From Anthoceros angustus (taxonomy: Eukaryota; Plantae; Anthocerotophyta), in the NCBI GenBank assembly GCA_010909165.1, contig VJWM01000108.1, positions 186,001-250,000 of the forward strand: DNA of 64,000 bases. Reading direction: 5' to 3'. The notes beneath the pieces are model-generated. The model saw only the letters and a list, made by a program, of their open reading frames with translations. It was not told the DNA's origin and made no database searches. This document shows positions 11,907-24,130 of the stretch, one piece after another; the first letter of the stretch is position 1, and each line of letters starts with the position of its first letter. The translations under genes were made by a program, and so were the position numbers.

Positions 11907-13340
11907 CTATGGCATCTTTTCAGCCTCATCTAATGGCCTGCACGCCAAGAAATCAAACATGCAACTGTAATGGTCAACAGTACGATTGATGCCATGCTGT
12001 TCAGCCATGGAATCAAAATGCTTACGACCCTCATGGACCAGTTCCTCGTGACTGCATGCTACTGGAAAGCAACTAAAAATAGCACCATCAAGCAGAATAC
12101 CGGCAACCGACATCTCCTCGAACCAAGCTAGTGCTCTGTGACCATCATCACAAGTACCACACTCAGAAATCAGGCCGGTCCGCGTCACCACATCCTTTGT
12201 GTTCATGTTGTCAAATGCCTGGCGTGCGTCTTCCACTTCACTACATTTTGCATACATGTCCATCAGGCAGTTGCCCACCACTATGTTATCCAGCAGTCCT
12301 CTTTCAACACTCCGGAAGTGCAAATGCCTTCCCTTCTGCAAGGCAGCAGAGCTTGCACAGGCCTTCAGAAGGCAAGCAAGAGGAACATGGTTAGCCAAAA
12401 TCAGGCACTCCTACTCCATTTGTCCATTCAGAACAAGCACCTCTTGGCCAAGCGCTTGCTCGGCATGCCTGGCTTTGAGAGTGGTCCATGTTACCACATC
12501 CTTGGTGTTCATGCTGTCAAAAACCTGGCGTGCATCTTCCAGTTCACCACATTTTTCATACATGTCCACCAGGCACTTGCAATGGCCCAACAGTGCGTTA
12601 TCAAGCAGTCCTCTTTCAACAATCTGTGCGTGCAGCTGCCTGCCCTTCTGTGAGGCAGCGGAGCTTGCACAGGCTTCAGAAGGCAAGCAAACATAACATG
12701 GTTAGCCAAACTGAGGCCTTCTTGCTCCATCCGTCCATGCACAACAAGCGCCTCTTGGCTGGGTCCTTGCTCTGCAAACCCAGCAATCAGGCCGTTCCAT
12801 GCCACCACATTCTTCGTGATTATGGTTTCAGAAACCTGGCGTGCATGTTTCAGGTCACCACATTTTGCTTACCCAGTTATCAGGGCATTCCATGTCAGCA
12901 CATCTTTTGCGGCCATGCAGTCAAAAACCTGGTGTGCATCTTTCAATTTGAAACATTTTGCATACAAGTCTACTTGGCAGGTGCCCAACAATCAGTGAGT
13001 TCGGCTGCCTGCCCTTCTGCAAAACACCAGTGCTTGCACAGCCTTGAGAAGGCAAGCCAAAAGTAAAATGATTAGCCAAATTCAGCCCCCTGCTGCTCCA
13101 TTTGTCCATACAGAACAAGAGCCTCGAGTCCGAGCCCTTGCTCCGCATACCCGGCTATCAGTTCCATGTCACCACATTCCTTCTGTTCATGCTGTCAAAA
13201 GTCTGGCGTGCATGTTTCAATTTGCCACATTTTGCATACATGTCCACCAGGCACCTAGGTGCCAACAACCAAGTTCAGAGGAATGTATTTTTCTGCCAGA
13301 TCCCAAGGCGGCGTCAAATGCACAAGCTTGAAGGGCAGCT
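11907..13340 (-). pseudogene. PLS-class PPR gene or pseudogene (heavily frameshifted)
   Basis: ACLLKACASSAALQKGRHLH..VERGLLDNIVVGNCLMDMYAKC..VEDARQAFDNMNTKDVVT, ACSHEELVHEGRKHFDSM and DHYSCMFD. The P-L-S-like blocks repeat roughly every 300 bp. Confidence 0.85.
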
Positions 13341-13439
13341 ACAAAGACGTGGGCATTTGCCTTCACTCATGACCTAAGCATATCACGGTACAGCTGTATG
13401 GCCCGTGCTTAGTATCAACCCTGGCTAAGACACGTTGAT

Positions 13440-13995
13440 TAACCACAGGACCTCGCCGGACCCCTCACGCCGGGAGTAAGGCAAACGGGAGCTCTTCCTA
13501 TCGAGTCCGTTGTCCACCACATGGTAGGATCCAGAGAAAACTATTGCCACACGTGATCCTGCTCCTGCCGACCACCATCGCTGAAAAAACCCGTCCCCAT
13601 CCACACAGTTTCTCGGAAGTGGAAGTGCTGTGCTCCTTACACTGCTACATCCGGAACCCATTTCCGCTCCTGCAAGCCCGCAAGGCTCAAGCCTATCCGG
13701 AGAGCTCGACTTGAATGCAAAAGCACCGTGACCCATTTGCATTTCCTAGGGGAGCTCTTGTCATCTCCTCCGTCGTCCCACCACCTGGTAGAGTCCAACA
13801 AAATTGCTGTCACAAGACCTCCTGCTCCTGACCAAGACCATCACTGGGAATCCCGTCCCCACCCACAAAGTTTCTCAGAGGTGGAAGTGCTGGGCTCGTT
13901 ACCCTGCTGCACCTGAAGCCCATCCCCGATCATGCAACCCTGCGAGGTTCAGGCTTATCCGGGCTCCTCCGACAGGGAAGGAGAGGCACCATGGC
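13440..13995 (-). pseudogene. Two tandem degenerate F-box-like gene fragments (~263-bp offset)
   Basis: Diverged direct repeat (GGGAGCTCTT at ~13487 and ~13750). The minus strand resembles LPD..L...LA.L....VA.VRS.C..F....DGDGFFQRWWS. Confidence 0.45.
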
Positions 13996-14803
13996 CCATA
14001 GGCGTATCCAAGGAAACAAGCTGGTCATCAACCCAAGCAGACTAAAACATGCTGCTTAGCCATAGGACCTCGCCAGAACTCTTAGTTCTTCTTGTTCTTT
14101 GATATGAATACAAAACTTATGTAAGTAGTTCATTTATTTGATAATGAGCACTCAAGATAATTAAGAGTCATCAAATTGAGAGAAATTTATCAAGTAATGT
14201 TCCCAATAGAACCCTTATACCTATAGAAATTCTTAATCATGCTTTGATATATGAGGTCTTAGTATAACACGTGGATAATACCTTTAATATAAGTTCTTGA
14301 TAAATATGTATAGAGTGAGAGTATATTAGGCACACATTCTCAAACTCCAAGCTCCCCATCTTTGGCTTCTTGGTCTTGACCTATATGCTATTAGAGAAGA
14401 AGGCAATGTATTCGTTAAAGATTCATGTATCTATTATTCCAATAAGTAGACAATAAATAGATAGAAAACCAAAGGTTAAATATGTAGAAAATCATATGCC
14501 TAGTAGGTCAAATGAACATACTCATTTATATGTTATATAAGTCAACTCTTGCATAGTGCTTAGGTACACAACTATCCTTGAACACTTTGCTCATTTCTAT
14601 AAGTTTTATATTTTTTTATAACACAATATAAAGAGGATACACGAAATATGATTCCTCAATGGGATTGTATTCAAATATTTCTTATTGAAGGATACCTTCA
14701 TCTTCTAACAACATCTACGTGTGCTTATGTAATGGCGACCACCGCCTCTTGCTCTTGATTCTCTTTGTTGTCTTTTTTAGGTTGGTTTGATTGAAGCATA
14801 ACC

Positions 14804-16228
14804 ATGCCTAACAAGGCGAAGTCTAAGAGGGCGAGTGATGTCAAAAGAAGGGAGAGTAGGAATGAGGTAGTGGAGCATAATGAAGGCATGACCGAGCTGC
14901 GATACATGAGGATGTCCATTGCGAGAGAGGAAGAGGTATGCATGTTTGAGGTGCCAAGGGGTGTGGCGGACGGCATGCTACGAAATTTGGGGCCATTCCA
15001 TGAGACAATGGAACTTGCCAACAGTCATCCTAAGCTCGTGTCGGCCGAGTTACGTGCAGCATTCAAGGTGGTGGTAGCACATTGTTGCTTCCATACAGCT
15101 AACAAAAGAAGGAAGGACAGGTTGGCCAACATGCAGACATTGCTCCAAAACGTCCAAGAGATTGAGCTCTTCCTCGTGGCTCTGGTTGCCGATATGTACA
15201 AGATTGAGGACCTAAAGAAAGAGGCAATCCAGGTTGTGAAAGATCAGACATCACCCCAGAGGATTAGGGAGGTGATGAACTTGCCGCCTCCTACCAGCGA
15301 GGAGGAGGTGTGGCTGCCCATCCCGAATCCGACGATGAGCAAAATGATCATCCAATACAACATGTGGTTGTTGCGGAGGCTGAAGGCCATGCCGGATGAG
15401 CGAGACGTGGATGCCCTTGCTGCGTATGTGGAGGGCACTAGCGATACCCCTCCCGCTGCTAACAGGGTTCAATCTAGCGGGCCAACTAGTGCCGAGCAGA
15501 CAAGCCAGGGCTGCCATGGGTATGAAGATAAGGGGAAGGCCATGGCTTCCACTGGTATCCAAGGGGCTGGGCAGTCTGCACTTGGATCCGCTGCCGGGTC
15601 TTGCAAGGGGCCCAAATCGTCAAACGATAATGTCCGCTCTAGCTCTAGCTCTAGCTCTAGCAGCAATTGCAGCTATAACAACGTTCCTCTCGCCATGCTA
15701 GATGAGCGAGACAAGGATGCCCCAGCCGAGTATGTGGAGAGCACTAGCGATATTGCTCCCGCTGCTAACAGTGGTCAGTCTAGCAGGCCAGCTAGTTCCG
15801 AGCAGACAAGCCAGGGCTGCCGTGGGTATAAAGATAAGGGGAAGGGCAAGGCTTCCACCGGCAGCCAAGGGACCAAGTCTGCAACCAGATCCAGTGCCGA
15901 GTCTTGCAAGAGGCCCGATGCATCAAACGATAATGCTGGCTCCATTTCTAGCTCTAGCTTCAACAGCAGTTCTAGCTATAGTAACATTTTTCTGGACCCA
16001 GCTCTTCTACAACTTCTTCGCCAGCAGCGCAAGAAAGATTGTGAAAGTGATAATATTGAGGTATCGGTGGATGAGGAGGAAGTTAGACGAGCAATTGCTT
16101 GCATGATGGTTGGTGATGAGGAGTACTTCGATAACTATGGCATGACGGATGTGGAGAACGCTGCTCTAGATAAGGAAGTAGCTGACGCTGAGGAAAAAAT
16201 CCGTGCTGGATCGCGTTTTGGTCTTTGA
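14804..16228 (+). CDS. Divergent SKP1-like protein, intronless, with a long Ser-rich duplicated C-terminal extension (474 aa)
   Basis: Uninterrupted ORF. MFEVPRGVA, KVVVAHCCFH, ELFLVALVAD..IEDL, QVVKDQTSPQRIREVMNLPPPTSEEE match the SKP1 POZ and C-terminal consensus in order. Confidence 0.7.
   Translation: MPNKAKSKRASDVKRRESRNEVVEHNEGMTELRYMRMSIAREEEVCMFEVPRGVADGMLRNLGPFHETMELANSHPKLVSAELRAAFKVVVAHCCFHTANKRRKDRLANMQTLLQNVQEIELFLVALVADMYKIEDLKKEAIQVVKDQTSPQRIREVMNLPPPTSEEEVWLPIPNPTMSKMIIQYNMWLLRRLKAMPDERDVDALAAYVEGTSDTPPAANRVQSSGPTSAEQTSQGCHGYEDKGKAMASTGIQGAGQSALGSAAGSCKGPKSSNDNVRSSSSSSSSSNCSYNNVPLAMLDERDKDAPAEYVESTSDIAPAANSGQSSRPASSEQTSQGCRGYKDKGKGKASTGSQGTKSATRSSAESCKRPDASNDNAGSISSSSFNSSSSYSNIFLDPALLQLLRQQRKKDCESDNIEVSVDEEEVRRAIACMMVGDEEYFDNYGMTDVENAALDKEVADAEEKIRAGSRFGL
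15393..15990 (+). repeat. In-frame 306-bp (102-aa) internal duplication in the SKP1-like tail
   Basis: GATGAGCGAGAC...GCCGAGCAGACAAGCCAGGGCTGCC...TCAAACGATAAT recurs 306 bp apart (DERD.DA..YVE.TSD..PAAN...EQTSQGC.GY.DKGK). Confidence 0.92.
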
Positions 16229-16327
16229 GCTAGATAGAGTAGGTGGAGCCTACTCTGTGGTATCTTACATATCTTTAATTAATTTGAATTTTGAATTTTG
16301 AATTTTGAAGTGTAATTTTGACATTCT

Positions 16328-16680
16328 ATATTATATATTATATATTATATATTATATATTATATATTATATATTATATATTATATTATATATTATATATT
16401 ATATATATATTATATATTATATATTATATATTATATATTATATATTATATATTATATATTATATATTATATATTATATATTATATATTATATATTATATA
16501 TTATATATTATATATTATATATTATATATTATATATTATATATTATATATTATGTATTATGTATAATATTTTATATTTTAAATGCTAGAACTTATATGTT
16601 ATATTTTATACATTATACGTTATATTTTATATATTATATTTTATATTATATTATATTATATTATATTATATTATACATTT
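16328..16680. repeat. (TTATATA)n, equivalent to (AATATAT)n, heptamer microsatellite
   Basis: The 7-bp period is directly visible and produces the spurious YILYIIY ORFs. Confidence 0.97.
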
Positions 16681-17144
16681 TACATTTTACACTCGAATTC
16701 GTTGCTAAGTGCAAGTAAGCTTATCCACGACTCTAGTATATTTGTCGGTAGGGTACGAGGAGGCGGGGCGGGGCGGTGGCGTGGGCGATCTTGAGGCGGA
16801 GGCGGGGCGGGAGGCAGGCAGGGCAGCGATGTAGGGCTACCAGCCCGGCGGCAGCTGGCGTGGTCGCCCTCGGCCGCCGTGTGGCCAGAGCACCCTCTGC
16901 CTGGCCGGGCGGCGGCGGCCTAGGGCTAGGCGCGCATGGGTCTGACCTTGATGGCCTAGCTGAGCCATTGCAGAATGAACAGCTAAGATTAGGGTTCACA
17001 CTATGTAACGTTTCGACTTACCGTTTCGTTATTAGAGTTTCTTCGTGAAGAATCCTGAGTTTGTCGGTGATTGTTAGTCCCCTAGTCTCTCTGTCCTTTT
17101 GTGCAGTATCTTCTGCACACTACACAACAGGAAGATTAGTAAGC

Positions 17145-18553
17145 ATGACTAACGTCCCACCTCCTCCTCCTGGAACCTATACCCCAACCTTCACATCCGA
17201 GTTAAAGGAAAAGGATAGGTTTAATGGTCATAAGTATGAACTCTGGAGAGTGAGGATGAAGTCCACACTGCTAGCCAGAGGTGTTTGGGGTATAGTGGAT
17301 GGGTCCATCCCTCAACCTGACCCCTCTAATAGCAAAGGAGAGAAGGACAGATGGGCTCATGCCAATAGCGTTTCCATGGCACTCCTGGTAGGTGGCCTTG
17401 CAGAAGACATGATTCCTACAATTTAATTCCTCACTAAAGCAAGTGAGATATGGAAATAGCTATCTAATCAATATGAAGTAAGGAATGTCCTTACCTTATG
17501 TGCACTCAGGCAAGAATTCTATGGACTGAAACCGAGGGAAGGAGATAAAGTACTTGCTCACACCAGCAAGCTCAGACATCTTCGAGGACAACTCGCAGCT
17601 GTTGGCACTGTGATGGATGAAGTAGACGTCATTGCACAGTTGCTCAGTAGTCTTCCCCCCAGTTATCAGAATTTTGTATCTGCACATAATGTCCCTATCC
17701 GGCAAGCCCAGGCTGCTAGTAAGACTTCAACTCTCACCTTAGACGAGGTGATTGGCGCCCTGTTCCAAGAAGAGCAGAGCAGGCTTATGTCAGGGTCTGG
17801 ATCTAAGTCCAAAGCTGACAGAGTGCTCACTGTTTTCCGTGGAAGACAAGGTCAGAGGGGCAAACCTAAGATAGCACCTCACAATCAAGGCTCACGACAT
17901 GATGCAGGGCCCTCTAATTCCAATTTGAACAAGCGAAAAGGTACTTGTAATTGATGTGGCATACCTGGTCATTGGGCTCGGGATTGTCGAAAGAAAAAGG
18001 CTGGTGAGCCTCAGAAGCCTACCAGATCTGCATCCACAGCAACTGTCAAAGATAAAACTGGCGATTCAAGTAAGCCCGTTGTAAAAATCCTCACAGTATG
18101 CTTGTCCACATCCACTGGAAACAAGACAGCCTGGTACCTGGACTCAGGTGCCACTTCACACATCTGTCGGGATGAATCCCTCTTCACTTCCCTCGAGTAT
18201 TCAACTTATGTTGACAGAGTGTACTTAGGAGATGAACAGAAAGATGCAAGCTTGCAGATCCAAGGACAAGGATGGTGCACTTTTCGTTTGAGTGATGGGA
18301 CAATTCTCACCCTGACAGTTGTTTTGTTTGTGCCACACATGGCAAAGAACCTGTTGTCTTTGAGCAGACTTCTCAAACTCAAGACTTTTGAGCTCACCTC
18401 TCGGGATGATTGTTGTTGTTTCTCTAGGAAGACTTCTCCAGCCATCTGCGTCTTCCAGGCCATTCAAGAACATGATTTGTATCGTCTTACTCTTACTTGT
18501 GTGCCTGGTCACTAGAACAAGGCATATTCAACAAGTGTCGGCAACCTTACGGC
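17145..18553 (+). mobile_element. Ty1/copia gag-protease remnant (copy A)
   Basis: KEKDRFNGHKYELWRVRM gag start, zinc knuckle CN*CGIPGHWARDC, protease WYLDSGATSHIC and VLFVPHMAKNLLS. Contains in-frame stops and ends at a CACTA terminus. Confidence 0.92.
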
Positions 18554-18670
18554 CACTACAAGAAAATGAGGGTTTTTACAACGGTTTTTACAACAGGTAT
18601 TACAACGCGGCGTTGTAAAATGGCGCAACAACGTTGTTGTAAACTGAGAGCTTCATGACATTGTAAAATT
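18554..18670 (+). mobile_element. CACTA (En/Spm) terminus with subterminal repeats; truncated
   Basis: CACTACAAGAAAA at 18554, followed by direct and inverted TTTACAAC/GTTGTAAA repeats. Confidence 0.85.
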
Positions 18671-18679
18671 GCTGACATG

Positions 18680-21600
18680 GCCAGTTCCAGTGCCATGTCA
18701 TTAAAATCATTGAGAGCAGGGTCTGATTTTTGCCCTCCGAAACCCCGTTTTGCTGTGGGGTATAGGGTACGCTAAGGTGCCTCTCAATACCTCGCTCCCG
18801 CAAGAAGTCATCAAAGGTGTTATTCACAAATTCTGTTCCATTGTCGCTTCTCAGGATTTTCAGCAAGTGACCTGTCTGTCTCTCAGCAACCAGGAGCCAA
18901 TCTCAGAAGTAGGAGAATATGTCACTCTTAAGGTGCATAGGAAAAGTCCATGAGTACCTACTAAAATCATCCGTAAGGGTGAGGTAGTAGCGTGCTCCCC
19001 CTAGTGACGGTTCGTGGATCTTTCTAGAGATGTTTGCATGAACCAATTCCAAGGTGGTGGTTACCCTGTGAGCGTGCTTGGAGAAGGGGAGTTCTTTCTG
19101 CTTCGCCAACACACAAGATTCGCACACAGGGAGGTGCCAAAAACACTTGGGTAGAGGCTCCGTATACAGGTTTTGTGACGCCATGGGTGTAAGCTTGTTT
19201 TTGTTAATGTGTCCCAACCTCGCATGCCACAGAGATGCCAGGCTGTCAGAGGATGACGGCGGCGGTCCGGCCGTGAAGGCAGACGGCTTGCTCCCGTCGG
19301 CAAATGAAAGCCTGTACAGGCCGTCTTGAGGCACGGCGGTGAAGAGGCACAAGTCAGGATTTGTGGTCCTGAAGAAACAGCATGACCCCCTTCAAGCGAG
19401 CATCTCGAGATCGCTTTGCTTCAGCAGCTGAGTCATGGAGACCAGGTTCTTGCCCATCTGCGGGACGAGGAGCACAGGCTCCAAGGTAAGCACCGAACCA
19501 TCCCGAAGGGGAAATTCAAGTGCCTTGTCCCATGATAGGCAGACTAGATCTACTCTGTTCATCACCGAGTAACACCCTTTCCCTAAGAGGACGGGTATCC
19601 AGCTTGGTGAATAGAGTACGATCGTTGCATATGTGGGCGGTGGCTCCACTGTCCAGATACCATCTCGAATCCTGGTGCAACTGGGTGTTGAGGCAAACCG
19701 TAAGTATCTTTACGGTTTTTGTCTCCACCGCGCTGGCTTTCCCTTGAACTGCGACACTGGCTGCCTGTCTCGGGCCAGCCTTCTGTGGCTTTCCGGCCTT
19801 CTTCTTGGCGAGTCCGTGCCTGGCTGGCTCCGCACCAGTGCGATTTCCGGCCGGTGAGGAGGAGAGGTTGATTCACCTTTAGGGGTGAAGTTTGCCCTGC
19901 CCTTCTGAGTCTTCCCGGGCTTGAAACGGGTGGATAGCGCCCTGTCTGCTTTGGGCTTGGACCCTCCTGCAGAGTTAAGACGGCTCTGCTCCTGCTGATA
20001 CAGAGCGCCTACGATGTCCTCCACTGTCAAGGTGGGAGTTGTGCCTGACTTACCGTGGGTAGATACCAACATCAGGCTGGTAACAAAGTTTTGGTAAGAG
20101 GCTGGTAAGCTCATCAACAGTTGTGCAGCGGCATCGGTCTCCGACATGGTGGAGCCAAGGGAGGCGAGCTGCCCTCGCAGCTGTCTGAACTTCGAGGTAT
20201 GGGCAGAAATCGTATCTGTCTCCTTCATCCTTAAGGAGTTGAATTCCTGCCTTACACTATACAAGGTTAGAGCGTTGTTAACATTGTACGTGTTTGATAG
20301 CTGATCCCAGATTGCAGAGGCCTCCGTGAGGAACTCCACGCTGGGCACCAGATTCGAATCAAGTCCGCTGATGAGGAGAGCGATTGCGATCCCGTTCAAG
20401 TAGTCCCATCTCTCAACAACAGCGGTTGGCGGGGGTGGAGTGGCAGAAGGGTCGGGCTTCGGAAGGGTGCCATCGACGATCTTCCAAACGCCTCGACCTA
20501 TCAAGATGGACTTCATGCGCACGCGCCACACCGGGAAGTGCTGGCCGTTGAACCGATCTTTTTCCTTCATATGATCGGTGTAGACGGGGCCTGCACCTGT
20601 GAAGGTGGACGAAGTGCTGCTCGCCATAGCTGTTGCGGAGTCTAACGACAGTGAGTTAAACTGTTGTATCAGGTGGTCCACAAAGGAATTGTAGGTTGTG
20701 GTCATAAACTCAGGTGCTCAGGACCACTCAGTGTCCGACTAGTCAAGATCTTGCAAGCTATCCACCTCCGATTTTGCTATACGACGAAGGCGAAAGACTA
20801 GGTCCACCAAGCATTGAGTTGTGCGATCAAGCTGATCCCACAGGAGAGAAGTTTGATCCACAAAAGCCGAAGATTCCGGTTGTAGGATGGGCGAAGCTGG
20901 CTCGATCTTCACTTGCGCAGATACTAGTGGTGGGACAAAACTCCCAGGGTCCAAATGCTGGTGTGAAACGATGCCAGGGAGAACCGGTTCGGAACCGGTG
21001 CCGAAAACCGCGTTCACACCGGTTGGGATGGCCCGAAGGGGTTCACCGCCGAAACGAGAACTTAAGTTGTCGTTTCGCATGCGGGGCAGCGATGCGCCGT
21101 TAACGCGCCCGTATGTTGGCCTCGCTGTGGCAGGCATATCGCAGCTCCATCAGCAGCGCTCTTGATTGACGCTGCGTGTCGCGAAACCGCGATCGGCTGC
21201 CCGTCTTGGCCTCTGGATGATGCGCCTCCCCCTGTTGTGGAAGAGCTTTAGATCTGCCAAAATTCAGACCAGAATTTGATGAGATTTGGTCGCCGTCCTG
21301 CAATCTCGTATACCCCCTCAAATCTTCCTCAAATCTTCCTCAAATCTCGACAGGTTTCGCTCGAATCTGGCCTCACTAGGAGGAGTCCTAGTAGCAAAAG
21401 GCAGATTGTGTAGAAGATCCTGAGAATTTGAAGTGGGAAGAGGTAGGAGGCTGCGAGATGCTCCGGGGACCAAATTGTCTTCTGAAAATCCGTGGATGAA
21501 GCAATCTTCTCTTGGGCTTGAGGTAGGTGAGCATATGCAATCACAGGGGCCGCGTGGAGACCCCTGTGATGCGGTTGCCCAGCAGCTACCTCTGAGAATC

Positions 21601-22583
21601 AGCCGCAAGAGATTAGTGTCCAAGGTTACTGCTGCTCGTTGCACCCATCTTGGTGCGGAGCTGTGACCATAGAGAGTGGATCAGGGGTGAGCTCCTGAGC
21701 GGGCTGGCCTGGGCACACGTGCCTTAGGGTGGCGAGGGCGCGGGGTGCTGGATCGGCGGGTTCTCGCCATGATTCCCTGATGAATTTGCTGGAAGGTGCC
21801 TCGCAAAGCTGAAGCGCGGAGGGAGAAGGGAAGGGAGGGGCACGGTGCCTCTCCCGTGGCCTTTTAATCCCATTGAGGCTCTCTAACCGTTGATATGTGC
21901 AAAAACTATGCAAATTTTGAACGCTCCGAAGGAAAGGAGAGAGGATAGCCCGTGCTCAGTCTGAACTCCAGAGTTAAGCGCCTGGCTTAGGATCAGGACC
22001 CGGATGGGTGATCTACCCCAAGACACCATTTTAATAGAAAAAGTTTTGATAACATTTTCTAAGCTTAGGCACTATGTTTCCTAGACATTCTAGGACAAAC
22101 AATCTTCTTTTAGCTTAGATTTTCCCTATTCTAGATCGATAGGTCTTGACTAGCATTTGCAAAAGAACTTTTCGCAATTCAAGCGAAAAAAAACTATCAT
22201 GATCTGATGCATGATTTCTTTTGCAGAGCCGGAAAAGCTAGTCGAGAAGATATATCAGCAAGCGAGTAAAGTTATCAAACTTTAGATATCGCTTGCACAA
22301 TCTCAACGACATGTTTCTAGCCATGATCAGAAGGCCATGTGAGCCGAGGCTCTAATACCATGATAAATTCCTAGCAGTAGGATTGTGTAGCATGCATCTA
22401 ACCCATGATGCTACGCAAGATATGTTCTTCGTTAATTAGTACAACAAAAGGTACACAAGGTATGTTTTAAGGTGGTGCAGGGTGTCCGTTCATGAAGGGG
22501 CACACCCTTTCATAATGACCTAACCCTCTAGATGGTAACTAGATTACAGGCAGGGTTACGGGCAGATTAACCATTCCGTAACA
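18680..22583 (-). mobile_element. Ty1/copia element (copy B): 5' LTR, PBS, long leader, gag, PR and INT; RT missing
   Basis: LTR TG..CA 22361-22583. PBS TGGTATTAGAGC (22349-22360, iMet type). gag ORF 20705-19710, then WYLDSGATAHIC, LWHARLGH, CESCVLAKQ, TDDFSRY, ILRSDNGTEF and PYTPQQNGVSE. Confidence 0.9.
22361..22583 (-). repeat. 5' LTR of copia copy B (223 bp)
   Basis: TG...CA termini directly adjacent to the PBS. The other side abuts the EPATYREAIEG linker of an older copia. Confidence 0.75.
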
Positions 22584-24130
22584 CCCTTCAATAGCTTCTC
22601 TATAGGTGGCGGGTTCACCTAATGAGTCTACAACGTGGCGGTGGAAAAAATGGTTCCTCTACAACAGCCAACATACGAAGGCTCTTTCCACTCGACCTTG
22701 GAGGCGGTGTCGGTAGAGCAGTGGGACTTGAGGAGGCTCTTCATTGGCTTCAGTAACTTTCTTCCTGTGCAGGTTCAAGTACAATAGTGTCATCAGTCAC
22801 CTCTGGAAGAGCAGGGTGATCATCGTCAGCTGCAACAATGGAAGTTGGAGCTACAGAGGTCATTGGAGCTGAAGGGTTATTAGCCCCCTCTGAAGCCAAA
22901 GAGGAGTCATCCTCAAAAACAGTCTCAGAAGAATCATCAAATGCAAATTCGAGAGGTGGGTCCGGAACACCAGATATAGATGCAACAGGCATAGTTGCTC
23001 CAGGAGTGAGCTTGAGCAGCATGGTGACGAAGCAAAATATCTTTCGTTAAAAACCACAGTGCGTGAGATGGTCACCTGACGTGTAGAGGGATCAAATAAC
23101 TTGTAACCCTTCACATCGTCGGAGTAGCCCACAAAAATCCTGCGAATAGCCTTCAAGTCCATCTTATGACGAGTAGCTACAGGTACATAAGCATAAGCTG
23201 GTGATCCGAATATACGCAAGTGCCCAATGCGGGGCTTGTGTCCTGTCCATCTCTCATAAGGAGTAGTCAAACCAAGCTCCTTAGAAGGTAGTCGGTTGAG
23301 AACATAGTTAGCAGCCATCAACGCTTCAGCCCAATATCCACGAGAGAATAGCAAAAGTAAGAGATGCCAAAGTAGCCTCCTGGAGTGTCCGGTTTTTCCT
23401 CTCAGCAAAAGAGTTCTGAGCAGGAGTATACGGCACGGTGAGCTGGTGATGGATCCCTTCCGAATAGCAAAAGTTCTGAAAAGCATGGCTGATGTACTCG
23501 CCACCATTGTCACTGCGTAAAATTTTAACCTTGTGACCTGTCTGCCGGGTTGCAAAATGCACATAGGTTTGAAAACACATATTAAGAGCCTCGCTTTTAT
23601 GTCTTAACACATAAACAATACAATAGCGGCTCCATTCATCTATGAATGTAATAAAATAAACAGCTCCTCCAAATGAGTTGGTGGACATAGGGCCACAAAT
23701 GTCACTATGAATAGTATCCAAAAGGCGAGGCCCTTGTTGAGTGGAGATCCGTATATGGCTTAGAAAAGGCTTTACTAAGGCGGCGTCCTGAAGGGGTGAC
23801 TAGAAGGAGATAGGTAAGTGGATCTCAAAACTATCACCCTTTGTTAGGATGCTAGCTGAAAATTAACATGGGCTGAGCGACAATGCCAAAGTTGCATTGG
23901 CTTGGCCTCAATGGCATTGACAAATTGAGTGGGTTGTGGTTGCACTATTGATTTGACATCTAACAAGTACAAATCATGAAAAGGGGTGCCTATGAAAAGG
24001 TCCTGACTTGATGGAACATGCGTTACAGTGCAACCAGAGTGATCAAAGCAGATTCGGCAAGAGTGTTCTTGTGACAACTTAATCACTGACATCAAATTTT
24101 TGGTCATAGATGGGACAATGTGGAACACCG
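22584..24130 (-). mobile_element. Older Ty1/copia pol fragment (copy C; GAG-pre-integrase and integrase)
   Basis: IHSDICGPM, FIDEWSRY, ILRSDNGGEY, VPYTPAQNSFAERKNRTL, YWAEA..ANYVLNRLP, HLRIFGS, FVGYS...KGYKLFD, VVFNE, then EPATYREA. Confidence 0.92.

Noticed and set aside
16305-16794. ORFs of YILYIIY repeats
   Set aside because: They are translations of the (TTATATA)n microsatellite.
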